A stretch of DNA of 64,000 nucleotides from Eledone cirrhosa. Taxonomy: Eukaryota. This document shows positions 27,642 through 42,600 of this stretch, one piece after another. Position 1 is the stretch's first letter, and every line of letters begins with the position of its first letter. The stretch covers positions 167,958,001-168,022,000 of the forward strand of contig OZ024740.1 in the NCBI GenBank assembly GCA_964016885.1, given 5' to 3'. A program made the position numbers and the translations under genes. The notes below the pieces were generated by a model, which ran no database searches, had not been told where the DNA came from, and was given only the letters and a program-made list of their open reading frames with translations.

Positions 27642-28730
27642 ATTATATATGTACGTACATAGGTAAAATATATTCTGTGTGTGTGTGCGTATGGGTGTGT
27701 GTATGTGTGCAGGTTAAACTGGAAAAAGCGCTAGTATTCCCACATCATAATATTGCTATAACACTATACCCGATCTGTCGTTCTGACTCGACAACAAATC
27801 CTGGCTTTGAACTAACAGTATTTTGGGACGACGTTATGGACTGAGCTCCTGAAAATGTATAAAATAAGAACTAAAAGATTCGCTTTGAATTTGGGAATGG
27901 CAGTGAACATTGCTTCCGGGTGATGTGGGATGCCGTGGATTCGTGCCTAGATCGCCCTTGTACTACTTGGGTGGATTTTGATTTGGAAAGGAAAGTAGGG
28001 AGGTGGTTCAAGAATTGGAGAGGGAGCAGAAAAATCTACATTGGGCATATGGGAAAAGCATTTACGTGAAAGACCAGCGCTGAAAGCTGAGAGCGTAGTC
28101 GCAAATATAATTACAAAAGCATCACGTTTCTGGTGTTAGCGGGCCCTCGATGGAATACAGGAATAGAATATCTACTCCGTGACAGGTGTGAAAGAAAATA
28201 AAATATAGAATGACACATAAGAATGAACCTACAAAGAGACAGAGGCACAAGTGTAGAGATGTGAACGAATGTATACACAAACATATGCATATTGGTGGGG
28301 AAATTTCCTGAATATACACAAATACAAATTACATCACGTTGTGTAGATTAAAACATAAACGCACACACAAAACTTGGAGGAGAAAAAATATATAAAGACA
28401 CACATGCACCAACGTATGGACATACCAATTACAGAAACTTCTAGAAGTAGCAGTACACAAAGACGCCACAAATGCAAGCACACACGCAGACACACACACA
28501 GATACACACAGACATACACACATACATGCGTATTTTTACACAAACACATCAGACGGAAAAGATGGAGAAAGTGAAACAAAAACAAATCAAAGAGATGACC
28601 CAAATGAGTTAGAATGGTCATTGAGAAGATCAGAGAATGTGTAAGGAAAGAGCTTTGAAAATTAAATGTTATAATTCAATAACCACTTTGTTACTAAAGT
28701 AACTTAGAAATGGATTAGTTACTCAAATGA

Positions 28731-28920
28731 TTTCTATTATAGGCTCAAGGCCAGCAATTTTAGGGGAGGGGAAAGTCGATTAAATCGAGGTTAGCTTTGC
28801 CTTTGATCATCCTTATGGGGTCGAAAAATAAAGAACAAGTAAGTACTGAAGTCGATTTAATCGATTTAATCGAACCCCCCACTTCAAATTGCTGGCCTTC
28901 TGCCAAAAGCAGAAACCATT
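28731..28920. mobile_element. Rearranged SINE fragments in opposite orientations
   Basis: A minus-strand tail is followed by a plus-strand body and tail. Confidence 0.7.
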
Positions 28921-29036
28921 ACTATTATTATTACTAAGGTTAATCCGGAGTAGCAGGTCTTTACATCACGCTTAAACTATTCATTTCTACTATGGGACTG
29001 AGTACTCATTCTCGCGTTCATCAATACTAAACTGGT

Positions 29037-29341
<305 letters not shown>

Positions 29342-29548
29342 CTTTGTAAGTATGTAATTTTGCTATAGCTGCATTTATTTAAGTAAGATGTGGGAATGGT
29401 ACGGGAGAGAATGAGGTAAAACTTCTATTTGCAACACAACAGCTAATTAAGAAGCTTTACACTTTTCTATGTTAAAAAGTTAAAACTTCAAAGAGATTAT
29501 TTCTCTCCACCTCCAAGACTACCAACCACAATTACATACGCCCACGCG

Positions 29549-29647
<99 letters not shown>

Positions 29648-30212
29648 CGAAGGAAATGTGGTAAGGAACCAGATGGACCATAACACACCAAAGTACTCAA
29701 TACTTAATACAGTCCAGAATTAGCCGTCTAAATACTCAATACTCAATATAGTCCAGAATTAGCCGTCGAAACGGCTTGAGCTCTGCTGTCGGGGTCATAA
29801 TTGTTCCTATATATATATATACAAACATCGTTAAAATCCACTGGTGAATTAAATTTGATAAAAGGTTGCTTTTGAATTGCTTGCTACGCATCACACCTCT
29901 CACTTCCAAGTTAAGATACACGCGCGTGCTGGTACGGAAGCCATCGCACATTCTCTCTTTTTCTCTCTCTCTTTATCCTTCCTCTCTCTCTTCCTTAAAC
30001 TTTCTCTATCTGTAATTCTATCACTTTCTTTCGGCCTAATTTTCTTTCCTTGATATAGTGTTTCATTAGTTTTCAATCACCAGGAATATTCTCATTTCTA
30101 TTCGAAATAAATGTATCTTCTTTACTAATGTATTGAGTACTTTATTTAACTGTGGCTGCTCCTTTTCGTACGCCTCCAGAAAACCGTTCTTAATCGCATA
30201 TGTAGTACATGG

Positions 30213-30273
<61 letters not shown>

Positions 30274-31065
30274 TACCTGAATTAACCGGCGTTGCTCGGT
30301 TACTGCTGTTCTTATTCTGATTAGTAAACAATAAATATGAAGATATGTTTATTTTTTTTCTCTTAATTATTTCAAAATATCCATATTATATTTTTTAAAT
30401 ATCACAATTGTAATAATAATAGAATTTAGAAATGAAAATCTGTCTATCTTCAAGCACCTGAGGTTAAACAATATCCAGGTGTAATTTTTTGTTGGTGTCC
30501 AAATGAATAATTAGACACACACAGACATACATTCACGCAGACACACGCATAGCTTTTCACCTCATTGTTGGTCAGTTGCTACATATGTGTAGATGTGAGT
30601 GTGTATTTAATCACGTACTTAATGAACGCGCACACACTCACAAGACACATACATACTCATATACAAGATGTGACAAAGGGACAGAGGTATGTTGTTTTCT
30701 ATTGTTTTAATACAAATGAAAATAAAAATTGTCACACATGCACTCAAACACATACACTCTCACATATACCCACACACACATACACTCACATACACATACA
30801 CTCTCACATACATTCACACACACTCTCACATACATACACTAAGACGAACACACACAGACGTACACCTGTCTGTCATCACATATGTATATATATGTGTAGA
30901 TGGGTGTGTAATTGTCTATGTGTGAAGATAATGTGTGTGCCACTTACGTAGTAACGAACTCGAAAACACACTCACAGACACATACACACTCATATTAAAA
31001 TGTGACTCGTCATCGTCGTTGTGGTTTACTATAGTTCACTACAAAAATGTTATTTTAGATAAAAT

Positions 31066-31237
31066 ACTAGCAGAATGGCCCGGCGTTGCTCGGGACTTGC
31101 TCTAGGGTTCTTATATATTTGGTATATATTATCCTTATCTTGCCTCCTGAAACAAATACGTTTGTTTATCTTTTGTTATTGTGTATGCAAAAAAATATCT
31201 GTAGACGAATATATAATTATATATATATATATATATG

Positions 31238-31335
<98 letters not shown>

Positions 31336-31621
31336 GATAAATCCACCAATTAATGGTAGGGTCTAAGCCGTATGAAGAACTCAATGTAATCCGTATATAG
31401 AAGATGTTGTGCAGCAAAGTTTAAATTACAAAATTTCGACGATATAATTTATTGGATACAGAGTTAAAAATACAAATAGTGAAAACAATGAAATTAAACA
31501 ATTTCATAGTAAAACTCATTATTTTACGATCGTTTCTGGGGGCTAAAATAATGAGTTTTATAATGAAATAATGAATTTTACTATGAATTTTTGTTTAATT
31601 TCATTGTTTTCACTATTTGTG

Positions 31622-31691
<70 letters not shown>

Positions 31692-32177
31692 TGTGTGTGT
31701 GTGTGTGTGAGTGTGTGTGTGTGGGGGGGGGTGTATATTAAGATATATTAAAGTTTAAAGCAACGAATCGCTGCTTTCACCCTCAACAGGATCTTCTGAA
31801 ACTAAAAAAATATCAATCTGTGAACGCAGAAGTGAATATTTCGAAAAATGTTACACACTATATATATATATAAATATATATACACACACACACATATAGC
31901 GTCATAATGTCGTAATGCAGACAGCCAGACATACAGACAGATATTATAATGGCGCAACGTTATATGTATGTATCTATCTAAAAAGAAAGACTAAGAATTA
32001 TAGAGAGAGATCGCTAAATCGCCTAATGTGGTCCATAGGGCATCGAAAATTTGAAATATTTTTTGCTCAAAACACTCACAGGATTACATGTGTAAAGTTT
32101 GAAAACAATCGATTGGGTGGTTCTCGAGTTTTAGGGAGTCAGACAGACAGACATTCTCTGTTTTAGATATATAGATA
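31066..32177 (-). mobile_element. Non-autonomous Helitron-like element with internal insertions; an additional degenerate 3' end at ~30272-30302
   Basis: Plus-strand ACTAG...CCCGGCGTTGCTCGGG is the reverse of a 3' hairpin + CTAG. The other end, ...CAGACAGACAGACATTCTCTGTTTTAGATATATAGAT, is the reverse of an A|TC start. Confidence 0.65.
31473..31621. repeat. Imperfect palindrome carrying an HHR 3' half (GAAA-CGATCG-TA on the minus strand)
   Basis: Arms ACAAATAGTGAAAACAATGAAATTAAAC and GTTTAATTTCATTGTTTTCACTATTTGT. Confidence 0.65.
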
Positions 32178-32422
32178 ATATTTTAAAATCCAAATGAAAA
32201 TAAAAATTGCATGTTGACATTCCCGGGGTCTGATACTATTACCTTGTAACATTTAATTTGATTTGGTCCAGACGTTTGAGAATGGATAGGAACAGACAGA
32301 CAGAGAGACAAAGAATGATGTGGGGGGTGAGTGTGTATATGTGTGTCGAGTTCAAAGGGGGGTAACCGCAGTAAGGTACTCAAATGCATTAGTAGTGTGT
32401 AAACATCAAATTTAAAATAGAA

Positions 32423-32544
32423 ATGTCTTTTACAGGACTAGAACTGTTTCATTCCAAAGAAATCTTCAGGAAAACATATATATATATATAATATAGAAAT
32501 GGCTTCTACAGGACTAGAACTGTTTCATTCGGGAGAAATCATCA
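32423..32544 (-). ncRNA. Two tandem family-C HHR copies (32423-32477 near complete; 32499-32544 truncated at the core)
   Basis: Minus strand: CTGAAGA-tttctttggaat-GAAA-CAGttctagtcCTG-TA and TGATGA-tttctcccgaat-GAAA-CAGttctagtcCTG-TA-GAAGCC. Confidence 0.7.
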
Positions 32545-32603
32545 TTACATATTTATACTCTGCTATGTACCTTACTTACTGTGGTTACCTCCTATTCAAC
32601 CCG

Positions 32604-32670
<67 letters not shown>

Positions 32671-32673
<3 letters not shown>

Positions 32674-32852
32674 CTTCAAAATATTAATAAATATAGACAT
32701 TCATGCGATCAAATATATTTTATTATATATATTTCAGAGGTACTGAGCTGTTTCCTTGACGTACTGAGGAAACAGCTCAGTACCTCTGAAATATATATAA
32801 TAAAATATATTTGATCACATGAATGTCTATATTTATTAATATTTTGAAGTAA
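32671..32852. repeat. Near-perfect palindrome of about 180 bp adjoining (TA)n; a decayed HHR follows at ~32952-32990
   Basis: Arms of about 85 bp. Downstream: TTGAAAA-GCA..TGC-GAAA-CCGG-TA. Confidence 0.85.
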
Positions 32853-33664
32853 TATTAATAACTCCAGAAAACCTAATTGTTGAGTGCTTCTTATCTATTG
32901 TAAAACTATATTCATTAATCAATGAACCTTGTTAAACTTTTCTCAATTCTACTTTTGAAAAGCACAAGAACTGCGAAACCGGTAAAGGAACCAAATAAAT
33001 ATTTTTAAAAAGACTCCAGTTGCATTTTCGATTTCATCTTTTTTCCTTATAATTTCACTCTTGTAAGACATCTCGTTTTTTTTTTCATTTTGTAAAAAAA
33101 AAAATTTTCTAATATATATATATATATATATATTTACGCATATGAACCATGTACTAGAATCTTAGTTCAACCAAGTGATTTATTTAATTGCTCAGGTCTC
33201 AGCGAGTAGTTTCTATGATGTTATTATGAGAATGAAACAAACTCGTAGAATAACCCACAAATATAAGGCAAAGATATGGAATATTTACCAGATACACAAA
33301 CACACACTATTTTAGTGAACGATTTAATTTTGTATGAACCAGGGTTGGTGACCACTGGGCTAAAATACAACAAAAAATTGTCATACAATTTTCTGGTTGT
33401 ACATTATCTATTAAATTACGAGGCTAATCGCCCTCAAATCACATCTTACAGTATTAAGAAAATATGGACACCATGAAAATGTAGCCCAGGATATACAGAA
33501 AATGTAGAAAAGGTAGGATTAAACAAATAGATATACAATAGACAGTGATCGGTATATCTGGACTAACATAAAGCACTCCATACGATAAACCACTGCATGG
33601 TGGAGTGCGAAATAACATTGTTGTTGTTTCTATTGCTGTTTTTTGTTGTTGTTGTTGTTTTTGT

Positions 33665-33860
33665 TTAACCCTGAACTAATTCTGATTGAGTTCACCTATG
33701 ATCAAAAACATTCCAAACGTGACCATCCAGTCCTTTTTCCTATATGCAGTGTACCTATAGAACGTATCATTTTCTCTCAAACGCAGAATGTGATTTAATG
33801 GCGATTTGGTTACTATTGCCAGCAGGTCGTGCGACTACGTAATGGCTCCCTCGTGTGATC
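33665..33860 (+). mobile_element. Old interspersed repeat following a (GTT)n tract; relatives at ~34500-34630 (minus) and ~63615-63710
   Basis: Shared TTTAAC..C...ACCTAT...AAA.CATT.CA...GTGAC.AT pattern. Confidence 0.45.
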
Positions 33861-35202
33861 GTGCAACGTATGATCTCCAAGCTAGGTAGTGACATGGCTT
33901 AGCATGAGTCTAGGATCTATGAGTCACACCTAGTAACAAGATCGATATCTTGTTAGAATACGAATGTGTTAGAAGTAAACCACTATAACAATACCGTTCT
34001 CGTGTCATGCCAAATCAAATTTTGACACTCCTTAGATAATTGGCGATAATTTAAATACAAAATCTGTCGTTCATATCTCAGAAATCGTTAAATAATGATG
34101 AAATGCATATATAAAGGGTTCATACAATGATACAGCAGCTTCAAATACTCACAGCAAGACTATGCAAATATATTTCATATGGGTCCAACAACACCTTTAT
34201 AAATGAGATAATGTTTTTAGTTTTAAATTATTAAATATTCACGTACACGTGACCTAAATATACGTAAATTTGAAGGTTGTGACTCACAGTGTCATCTACT
34301 CAGCTATAGCGTAGATCTGTTTAAGAGCAGGTTACGATGAATGCAATGTCAACTATATATATCATGAAACTACGTTACTGTAAAGTAATTCCACGTATGA
34401 TTCTACTTACAAGCCAGTGAGAAAACATTTTTGTGCTAGCTCGACTTGTGAGAAATAGCATTCAAATTGCCCTTATAACATTCTGCCATCTGTAACAGGT
34501 AGGACAATTTAGACCATCTAATCAGATATTCCTAAAATTATCGGATTGTTCGACCGAAACGACTTCGATCCGGGTTTACCTGGGGCCAAGCAGCACAAAG
34601 AACAACAACAGCAAAAGCAACAACAACAACAAATTGTAGATATTTTTCTTGCTTTGTTTGATTTATTATAAATTATATTTTATTAAATTATATATTAATA
34701 ATTCCGAAATTGACAAGCATGCACTATTCATCTTCTGTCAAACGGGTCTTCAACACTGTCATTTTCTTTTATATTTTAAATAATATTTCTCCTTCCCTCC
34801 TCAGCTCGATGATTCTCTCTCCTTTATAACTCCTCCTCTTTTCAATCAACGGTTGTTTGGATAAATATACTTGAATTTTATTCATATAATTGAATATTGA
34901 TAATTAAATGTTGCTAGCAAGCCATTAATTTGAAAAATATAACGTGCCAAATTTTATGATTCAAAATTATAGTACACATACGAACAAAAACAGCAATAAT
35001 GTGAAAATACGATCTAACGAAGGTGACTATACACGGTTCTTAAAGTGGCAGCCAGATTGCCCTCAAATCATAATCTACTGTCTTAAATGCATTCCTTGGC
35101 TTACAAAAAGACGAAATCGTCAAGATTAGATCACATTTGGTCATAGGTCAACTCTTCGTGTTAAACAATAATAACTACAATAACAACATCAATAATAATA
35201 AT

Positions 35203-35395
35203 GGTTTCTGATTTAGGCACAAGGCCAACAATGTGAAGGGGGTAAAGTCGATTAAATCGACCCAAGTGTGTTACTGGTACTTTATTTTATCGACCCAGGC
35301 TTTGGATTTCATTATTACGGGGTTGACAAAATAAAGTACCAGTAATGCACTGGGGTCGATTTAATCGACTTATCCCCCCCCCCCTTCCCAAAATC
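35203..35395. mobile_element. Two SINE 3' fragments in opposite orientation
   Basis: GGTACTTTATTTTATCGACCC and its reverse complement. Confidence 0.8.
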
Positions 35396-36360
35396 TCTTG
35401 CAACTACTGCTGCTGGTTTTGTTTTTGCTGGTGTTGGCACTCCCGCTGCAGGTTTTGGTTGTGTTGCCGGGTTTGCGATTTTTGGGGGCCTCGTTTTGGT
35501 AGCATGGGAACCTTCTGGAACCCTATCATGTTTTGAGAATTGAAAGCTCATATGTGGCCACTTTTCTCACACAGATGACAACGGAGTCGTCTGCCCTCAA
35601 CTAAAACGTGTAAGTCCACTCCTCCTGACAGGCGTATAAGGTCTGAGATCTTCTGGATCTTGTCTGGTTTGATGTAATCAGTGCTTCCACTGGAATGCCA
35701 GCAAACTGCCTTGATTTGACTATGTGTGGCACATCGGGCATTACTTCTTTCAGTGCTCTTTCGATTTCTATCTGATTTGTTGGCCGTTTCGTGTCTTTTG
35801 ATAGGTATTTGTATGTGATCATCATAGTCTCCGTTTCTGCCAACACCTGGGGAGATGGGAGATCGCTACGCCAGCCCAGGAATTTTCCAATGTTATCAGT
35901 TTAGCTGCTTGTGCCAAACTTGTAGCTTTTCAGCGTTGTTCATAGAGAACAATTCGGTGCTTTTGGCAGCTGTTGCTACAAATGCATTGTTTTTGTTGTT
36001 CTTAGTGCTATTGTTGTTATTATTTTCGATGTCCATGTTGTTGTTATCATGTGTTAGTTTTAATTTTGTTTGTCTTTTCAGTTGTTGCAGTGGTGGTGGT
36101 GGTGTTTATTGTGCTTACTGTCATTGAGGTGGAGTCGATGATGTTCACAGTGGTAAACATTGGCAGACGTGGAAAGTCTGCTGCAGGAGATAAGTTTGAT
36201 TGTTGTTGTTATTGTTGTTACTGTTACTGTTGCTATTGGTGCTGCTCTGCTGTCCTTGTTTTTTACTGTTTTGGCCGGTTCAATCTATGGGCAACCGCCC
36301 ATACCGTTTAGTGGACGTAACATTTGTCAGCCTTCTAAATGTTCTCAGAAAATTGGGGAG
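35396..36360 (-). pseudogene. Second L1/Tx1-type ORF1 relic
   Basis: VEGRRLRCHLCEKSGHI knuckle and ETMMITYKYLSKDTKRPTNQIEIERALKEVM resemble copy-1 ORF1 (ETLYIVFRTISNTTRKPAQLTQNEIELVLRNSM; VEGRRPSCYHC). Confidence 0.7.
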
Positions 36361-36483
36361 GGAAAACAAACACAAATTTATATTCAAATTAGAATGTCTA
36401 TTTCAGAATAATACGGAGAGTAAATAGCTATATATACCCACCTAACAAATACATGTTTCCTTATAGCTCATTAGATGATATAC

Positions 36484-36532
36484 ACGTCTTCTGATGAGAG
36501 TCCAATAAAAACCGAAAATCGATTAAATATGT
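36484..36532 (+). ncRNA. Type I HHR candidate with a weak stem II
   Basis: ACGTCTT-CTGATGA-...-GAAA-ATCGAT-TA-AATATGT, palindromic stem III. Confidence 0.55.
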
Positions 36533-38008
36533 TTATCATTTTTCAATTTACAAGGGAATTCGTATTTTCTGGCATGTTTATATGCCTACATATTAAATAT
36601 GTGCATATATTTATACACGTTGGCGTAGTCACGGTTACACACTCCGTATTTATACAGATATAACTTTATCATACACTTTGGCTGCTAGCGCACCTCTTCC
36701 TGTATATATGGGGAAAATATTTGAACCAATTATTGGTGAAATTTTTCCGAAAAGATTTTCATAAAAGTTTAATGAAAATATTTGAAAATCTTTTGAAGAA
36801 AATGTATAATAGGAGGGGATATTTTGGAAATATTTGGGGAAAGATTTGAGAAAATTTAGAGTAAAATCTTAGAAAACTATTTCTTTAAACGTTTGTGAGA
36901 ATATACGTTGAAAATTTTATGGAACTTTGGCAAAATTGTTTTAGGAAAATTTTGTGAAAAGATTTTGAAAAAATTGCACAAGAATTTGCGAGAGATTTTC
37001 GAGAACTATTTTCAAAAACATTTTGATAAAACCTGAAGGACAATTTCGAGGAAAATGTTTGAGAAAGGTTTACAGAAAAAACTTTGATGAAATATTTGAG
37101 AAGGGTTTTGAAAGTTTTTGAGAGAAATGTTTAAAAACTTTACAATGAAGTTTGAGGAAACGCTTTAAAATTTTTGAAAAAATGTTTGAAAACATTTGGA
37201 GAAATTTTTGTTGAAAATTTTCGTGAAATACTTCACAAAAGGTTTGAGAAATGTCTCTGTATGGGTTTTGAAATAAATATTAAGTCGATGTTTTAAAAAT
37301 ATTTTGTAGAAAAGTTTTGTAACATTTTAAAAATAAGTTTGAAAGAATATTTGTTTAATTTCTTTATAACGCTTTGGCGAATAATTTTGAAAAAATAAAC
37401 ATAGAATAAACTTTTGAGAAAAATGTTAGGAAAATCTTTTGAAGAAAATTTGTTAGGAAAATGTTTTGAAGAAAATTTGTAATTAGGAGAAGGATATCTT
37501 TGAAATATTTGGGGAAATATTTGAGGAACGTTTCATTAAAATCTTAGAAAACTATTGTTTAATGTCTGAGAGAATATATGTCGAAAATTTCATGAAATTT
37601 CGGCAGAATATTTTTAGTAAACTTTGAGGAAAATATTAAGTAAATTTTGAAACAATTGAAACAAATATTAAGTAAATTTTAACATTTTGCGAGAAATTTG
37701 GTGAGATTTTTTTTAAAACATTTTGATAAAATTTTAAAGAAAATTTTGAGGAAAACATTTGAGAAAACTTTTCAGAAATATTTTGATGAAAGTTTTGGAA
37801 ATAAATTCGAAGGATTTTGAGAGAAATGTTTAAAAAAACTTTGCAATAATATTTGAAAAAAATTTTTGAGGAAACGCTTTAAATTGTTGAAAGTATTTTG
37901 AGAAAACCTTTTGACAAAACTTTAGGAAATGTTGCAGTTAGATATGAAGCAAAATTAGGTTGTTTTTAAAAAAATTTCATAGAAAAATTGTAACATTTTA
38001 TTAATAAT

Positions 38009-38192
38009 TGTTTCTACTTTTGGCACAAGGCCAGCAAATACCCAGTACATTACTGGTACTTTATTTTATCGACCCCGTAAGGATGAAAGGCAAAGTGAAC
38101 CTCGGCTAGATTTGAACTCCGACTGTAAAGGGACGTAACTATGCTGGAAAGCATGGCGTCCGACTCTCTACCGATACTGGTAATCCACCGCC
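38009..38192 (-). mobile_element. tRNA-derived SINE
   Basis: TSD TTTTATTAATAAT at 37996-38008 and 38193-38205. Confidence 0.93.
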
Positions 38193-39235
38193 TTTTATTA
38201 ATAATATTTGAGAGAATATTTGTTGAAATTCTTTTTATAAAACTTTGGCGAAGTAAAAAAAATATATACTTGAATAAAATTTTTGAGAAAATATGAAAAA
38301 TCTTTGGAAAATATTTGATCAAAGCATAGTGAATTCTTTTTCAAAAACATTTTGATAAAAATTCAAAGAAAATATTTGAAAATCTTTTGAAGAAAATGTG
38401 TGATAGGGGAAGGATATCTTTGAAATATTTGGGGAAATATTTTAGGAAGGTTTGAGTAATATATTATAAAACCATTTCTTGAAGATGTTCTAATATTTCA
38501 GCAAAATAGTTGTAGTAAACTTTGAGGAAAATTTTGAGTAAATTTTGAAAAAATTACAGAAAATTTTGCAAGAAATTTTATTAGATTTTTTAGTAAACAT
38601 TTTGATAAAAAAAAAACTTCGAGAGAAATTTCGAAGATTTTACAGAAAAACTATGATGAAATGGGAAAATTTTCGAGAAGTGTTTAAAGAAATTTTTTTT
38701 AATATTTGAAAGATATATTTGCGGAAACAATTTAAATTTTTGAAAATATTTTGAGAAAAACTTTGGTGAAATTTTGTCAAGATATTTTGAAAAATTTGCA
38801 GAAAATATTGCGAGAAATTTTGGTGAAACTTTTTCAAAACTATTTCAATAAAACGTTAATGAAAATTTCGAAGAAAATTTTGGCGAAAGCTTTTCAGAGA
38901 AATTTTGATGAAATTTCTGGAAAATGTTTTTTTTTATTTTTAAAGAAATGTTTTAAAAACATTTTACAGAAAAGTTTTGTAAGATTTTATTAAGAATTTT
39001 GAGAGAATATTTGTTGAATTTCTTTATAAAACTTTCGCCATTTTTTAGATATTAACTTTGATGAAACTTTCGAGAAAATATTAGAAAAATCTTTGGAGAA
39101 ATATTTGATGGAATTTTTTGAGAAATTTTATCGAAAGCATTTTGATAAAAATTTAACCAAAATATTTGACGAAGTAATTTTGGGGGAAATATTTGAGGAA
39201 ACTTTGTGCAGTCTTAGAAAACTATTCTGTAAATA

Positions 39236-39498
39236 ATTGTTTCTACTTTTGGCACAAGGCCAGTAATTACCCACTGCATTACTGGTACTTTAAATAGTTG
39301 TTTCTACTTTAGGCACAAGGCCAGCAATTACCCAGTACATAACTGGTACTTTATTTGATCGACCCCGTAAGGATGAAAGGCAAAGTTAACCTCGGCGAGA
39401 TTTGAACTCAGGCTGTAAAGGGACGTAACTATGCTAGAAAGCATGGCGTCCAACCCTCTACCGATACTGCCAATTCACCGCTCCTGGTACTTTAAATA
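39236..39498 (-). mobile_element. Full SINE inserted at the edge of a truncated SINE tail
   Basis: TSD CTGGTACTTTAAATA at 39282-39296 and 39484-39498. Confidence 0.9.
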
Positions 39499-39689
39499 AT
39501 GAAAGAATATATGTTGAGGAACATATTTTAGAAAGGATTTTTTAAAAATTGCAGATAACTTTCGTGAATATTTGAGGAATATTTTTGAGGCAACACTTCA
39601 AAATAAATTGTGGAAAACCTGTGGGAAATTTTGATGAAATACTTGAAAAAGGTTTTGTGAAAAGTTTCAGGTATATATTATAAAAGCCA

Positions 39690-42600
39690 TCAATATCGGA
39701 TTAAATACACTAGAGATCAGTTTGAGATTAAAAACACTAGTGGTCGATGCCGGATTAAAGATACTAGGAATAAGTGCCGGATTAACGAAACTAGGGATCA
39801 GTGACAGAAAAATTACACTAAGGATACATGCCGGATTGAATGTAATAGGGATGAGTGCCGGATTAAAAACAATAGGGTTGAGTGCCGTATTAAAGTTAAT
39901 GGGGATCAGTGCCGAGTTAAATACACTAGAGATCATTGCCGGATTAAAGACAGTAGGTATAAATGCCGGATTAAAGACAAAAGAGATCTGTGTCGGATTA
40001 AAGAAACTAGGGACCAGTGCCGATTAAAAATAATCGCGATGAGTGCCGGAATAAGAAAAACCTGGGAATTAACGCCGGATTAAAGATAATAGAGAACCGT
40101 ACCGGAATAAAAAGACACTACGTATTATTGTCCGATTAAAGACACTTAAGATCAGTGTCGGATTAAAGACACTAGAGTTTAGTGCCAGATTAAAGAAACT
40201 ATGGATTATTGGCGGATGAAAGACACTGAGCTCAGTGCCGTAATAAAAACAAAACACTAGGAACAAATAGCACAACGCATTCTATCTGATGTTCTAACGA
40301 CTCTGTTAATTCACCGCCTATGGCCTCTCATCATAAACTAACTCTAATGTTATAATTCAAAGGTACTAAAAAAATCATTCTTACTAGTGCTGGATTAAAG
40401 ACATTAGGGAACTATACCGGATCAAAGACATTAAAGATCAGTGCTGGATTAAAGACACAGTGTATTAGTGCCGGATGAAAGACGCTAAGGATCTGTGCTG
40501 CATTTTAATATTTGGGATCAGTGTCGGATTGAAAATAATATAGATGAGTGCCGGATTAAAAATAAAAGTAATCGGTGCCGGACTAAAGGCACTAGGTTCA
40601 GTACCAAATTAAAAATAATAGCGACGAGTGCAGGATTAAAATTAATAGGTATGAGTGCCAAAATAAAAAAAAACACTAGGGACCAGAGCCGAAAATTAAT
40701 GAGAGGATGTTTTAAAAGTTTTCAATAATATTTCAGGAATATTTTTGAAGAAGCGCTTTAAATTTTATGAAAACATTTTGAAGGAATCTTTTGTTGAAAT
40801 TTTGTGGAAATGTTTGATGAAATACCTGGCTATAGTTGTGAAAAGAAATCAAGATGTTTACCTAAATAAGTTTATAAAAAAGTTTTTAACATTTAATTAA
40901 TAAAATTTGGCGAATTTTAAAAAAATAATCTTAGATGAATCTTTTGAGAAAATATTATGAAACATTTGGCGGCAAATATTTGAAAGGATTTTTGGTGAAA
41001 TTCTTTCGAAAAAATTTCCATGAAAGTTTAAAGAAAACATTTGAAAATCTTTCGAAGAAAATATTTGGGGAAATATTTGAGAAAATTTGGAGTAAAATCT
41101 TAGAAAACTATTTCTTTAAATGTTTGAGAGAATATAGGTTGAGAATGTTATGGAATTTTGGTAACATGTTTTTAGTAAACTCTGAGGAAAATTTTGTGAA
41201 AAGATTTTGAAAAAGTTACAGAAAAATTTGCGAGAGATTTTGGTGAACTTCTTTCGAAAATATTTTGATAAAACTTTAAAGAAAATATTGAGGAAAACTT
41301 TTGAGAAAACTTTACAGAAAAATATTGATAACATTTTGGGGAAAAGTTGCGAAAGATTTTGCGTGTCTGGGTAAAAACAATACGGAAGAGTGCTGGACTA
41401 AAACAAACTATGGATCAGTTACGGATTTAAAAAAAGCACGTTACGAATTAAAGACAGTCTACTGTCTTTAATTCGTAACGTGCTTTTTTAAAATAATAGG
41501 GATGTGTGGTGGATTAAAAAGCACAAGATATCAGAGCGGGATTAAAAGCACTAGGAAAAATAGCACAACGCTATCTCTGCCAATTCGCTGACTATCGCCT
41601 TTCATCATAAACTTACTATAATGATATGATTGGGGAAATATTTGAGTAAATTTTGAGTAAAATATTAGAACTTTTTTTTCAATGTTTGAGAGTAAATATT
41701 TTGTAAAATTGAAGAAAATTTTCAGAAAAGATTTTGAAAGAATTGCAGAAAATTTTGCGAGAAATTTTGTGTGAAAGTCTTTCGAAAATATTTTGATACA
41801 AATTTTAAGAAAATTTCGTGTAAAATGTTTGTGAAAATTTTTGTGAAGAGTTTCGAAAAATAAAAGGGATAAGTGCCGGAGAAAAACAAGCTATGGATCA
41901 GTAACGGATTAAAGAAAGGATATGGGCCGGATTAAAGACACTAGGGAACAGTGCCGGATTTGAAATATTTGTGATCAGTGCCGGATTAAAAATAATAGGG
42001 ATGTGTGCCGGATTAAAAAAACACTAGTTATCGGAGCCGCATTAAAATTACAGTGCCGGATGAAAGACATTAGGAATCCCTTCCGGAATAAAGTATTATT
42101 GTCGGATTAAAGACACTAGAAAGCAGTGCCGGATTAAAGAAACTAGATATCAGTGCCGGATTAAAGAGACTAAGCATTAGTGCCGGATTAAAGATTCTAA
42201 GATCAGTGCCCGAATAAAAACATCTGGAACAAATAGCATAACGCATTCTATCTGATGTTCTAACAAATTCCCTGCCAATTGCCTCTCAACATAAACTAAC
42301 TATAATGATATGATTGGGGAAATATTTTTAAAACTTTGGGTAAATATGTGCCGGATAAAGACACTAAGGATCAGTGCCGGATTTTAAATATTAGTGATCA
42401 GTGCCGGATTGAAGTCAATATAGATGAGTGCAGGATTTGAAATAATAGGAACGTATGCCGGATTAAAATAGTCCTAGAACTGGATTAAAATCACTTGGGT
42501 TTATTTCACCAAAGGTTTTCTACAATTGTTTTCAACAATTTGAAGCGTTGCCTCAAAAATATCTGCAATTTTTTCAAAATTCTTTCTAAAAAATGTTCCT

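Larger units (their letters stand above)
36712..39665. repeat. Degenerate AT-rich satellite of alternating A- and T-tracts (GAAAATTTT-like, unit about 11-13 bp); further blocks at ~40700-41360, 41630-41860 and 42500-42695 (inverted)
   Basis: Seen directly. Longer internal duplications are present, e.g. 36715-37110 vs 40975-41360. Confidence 0.85.

Noticed and set aside
27880-28260. Possible LINE 3' relic on the minus strand
   Set aside because: Too degenerate to show a diagnostic motif by eye.
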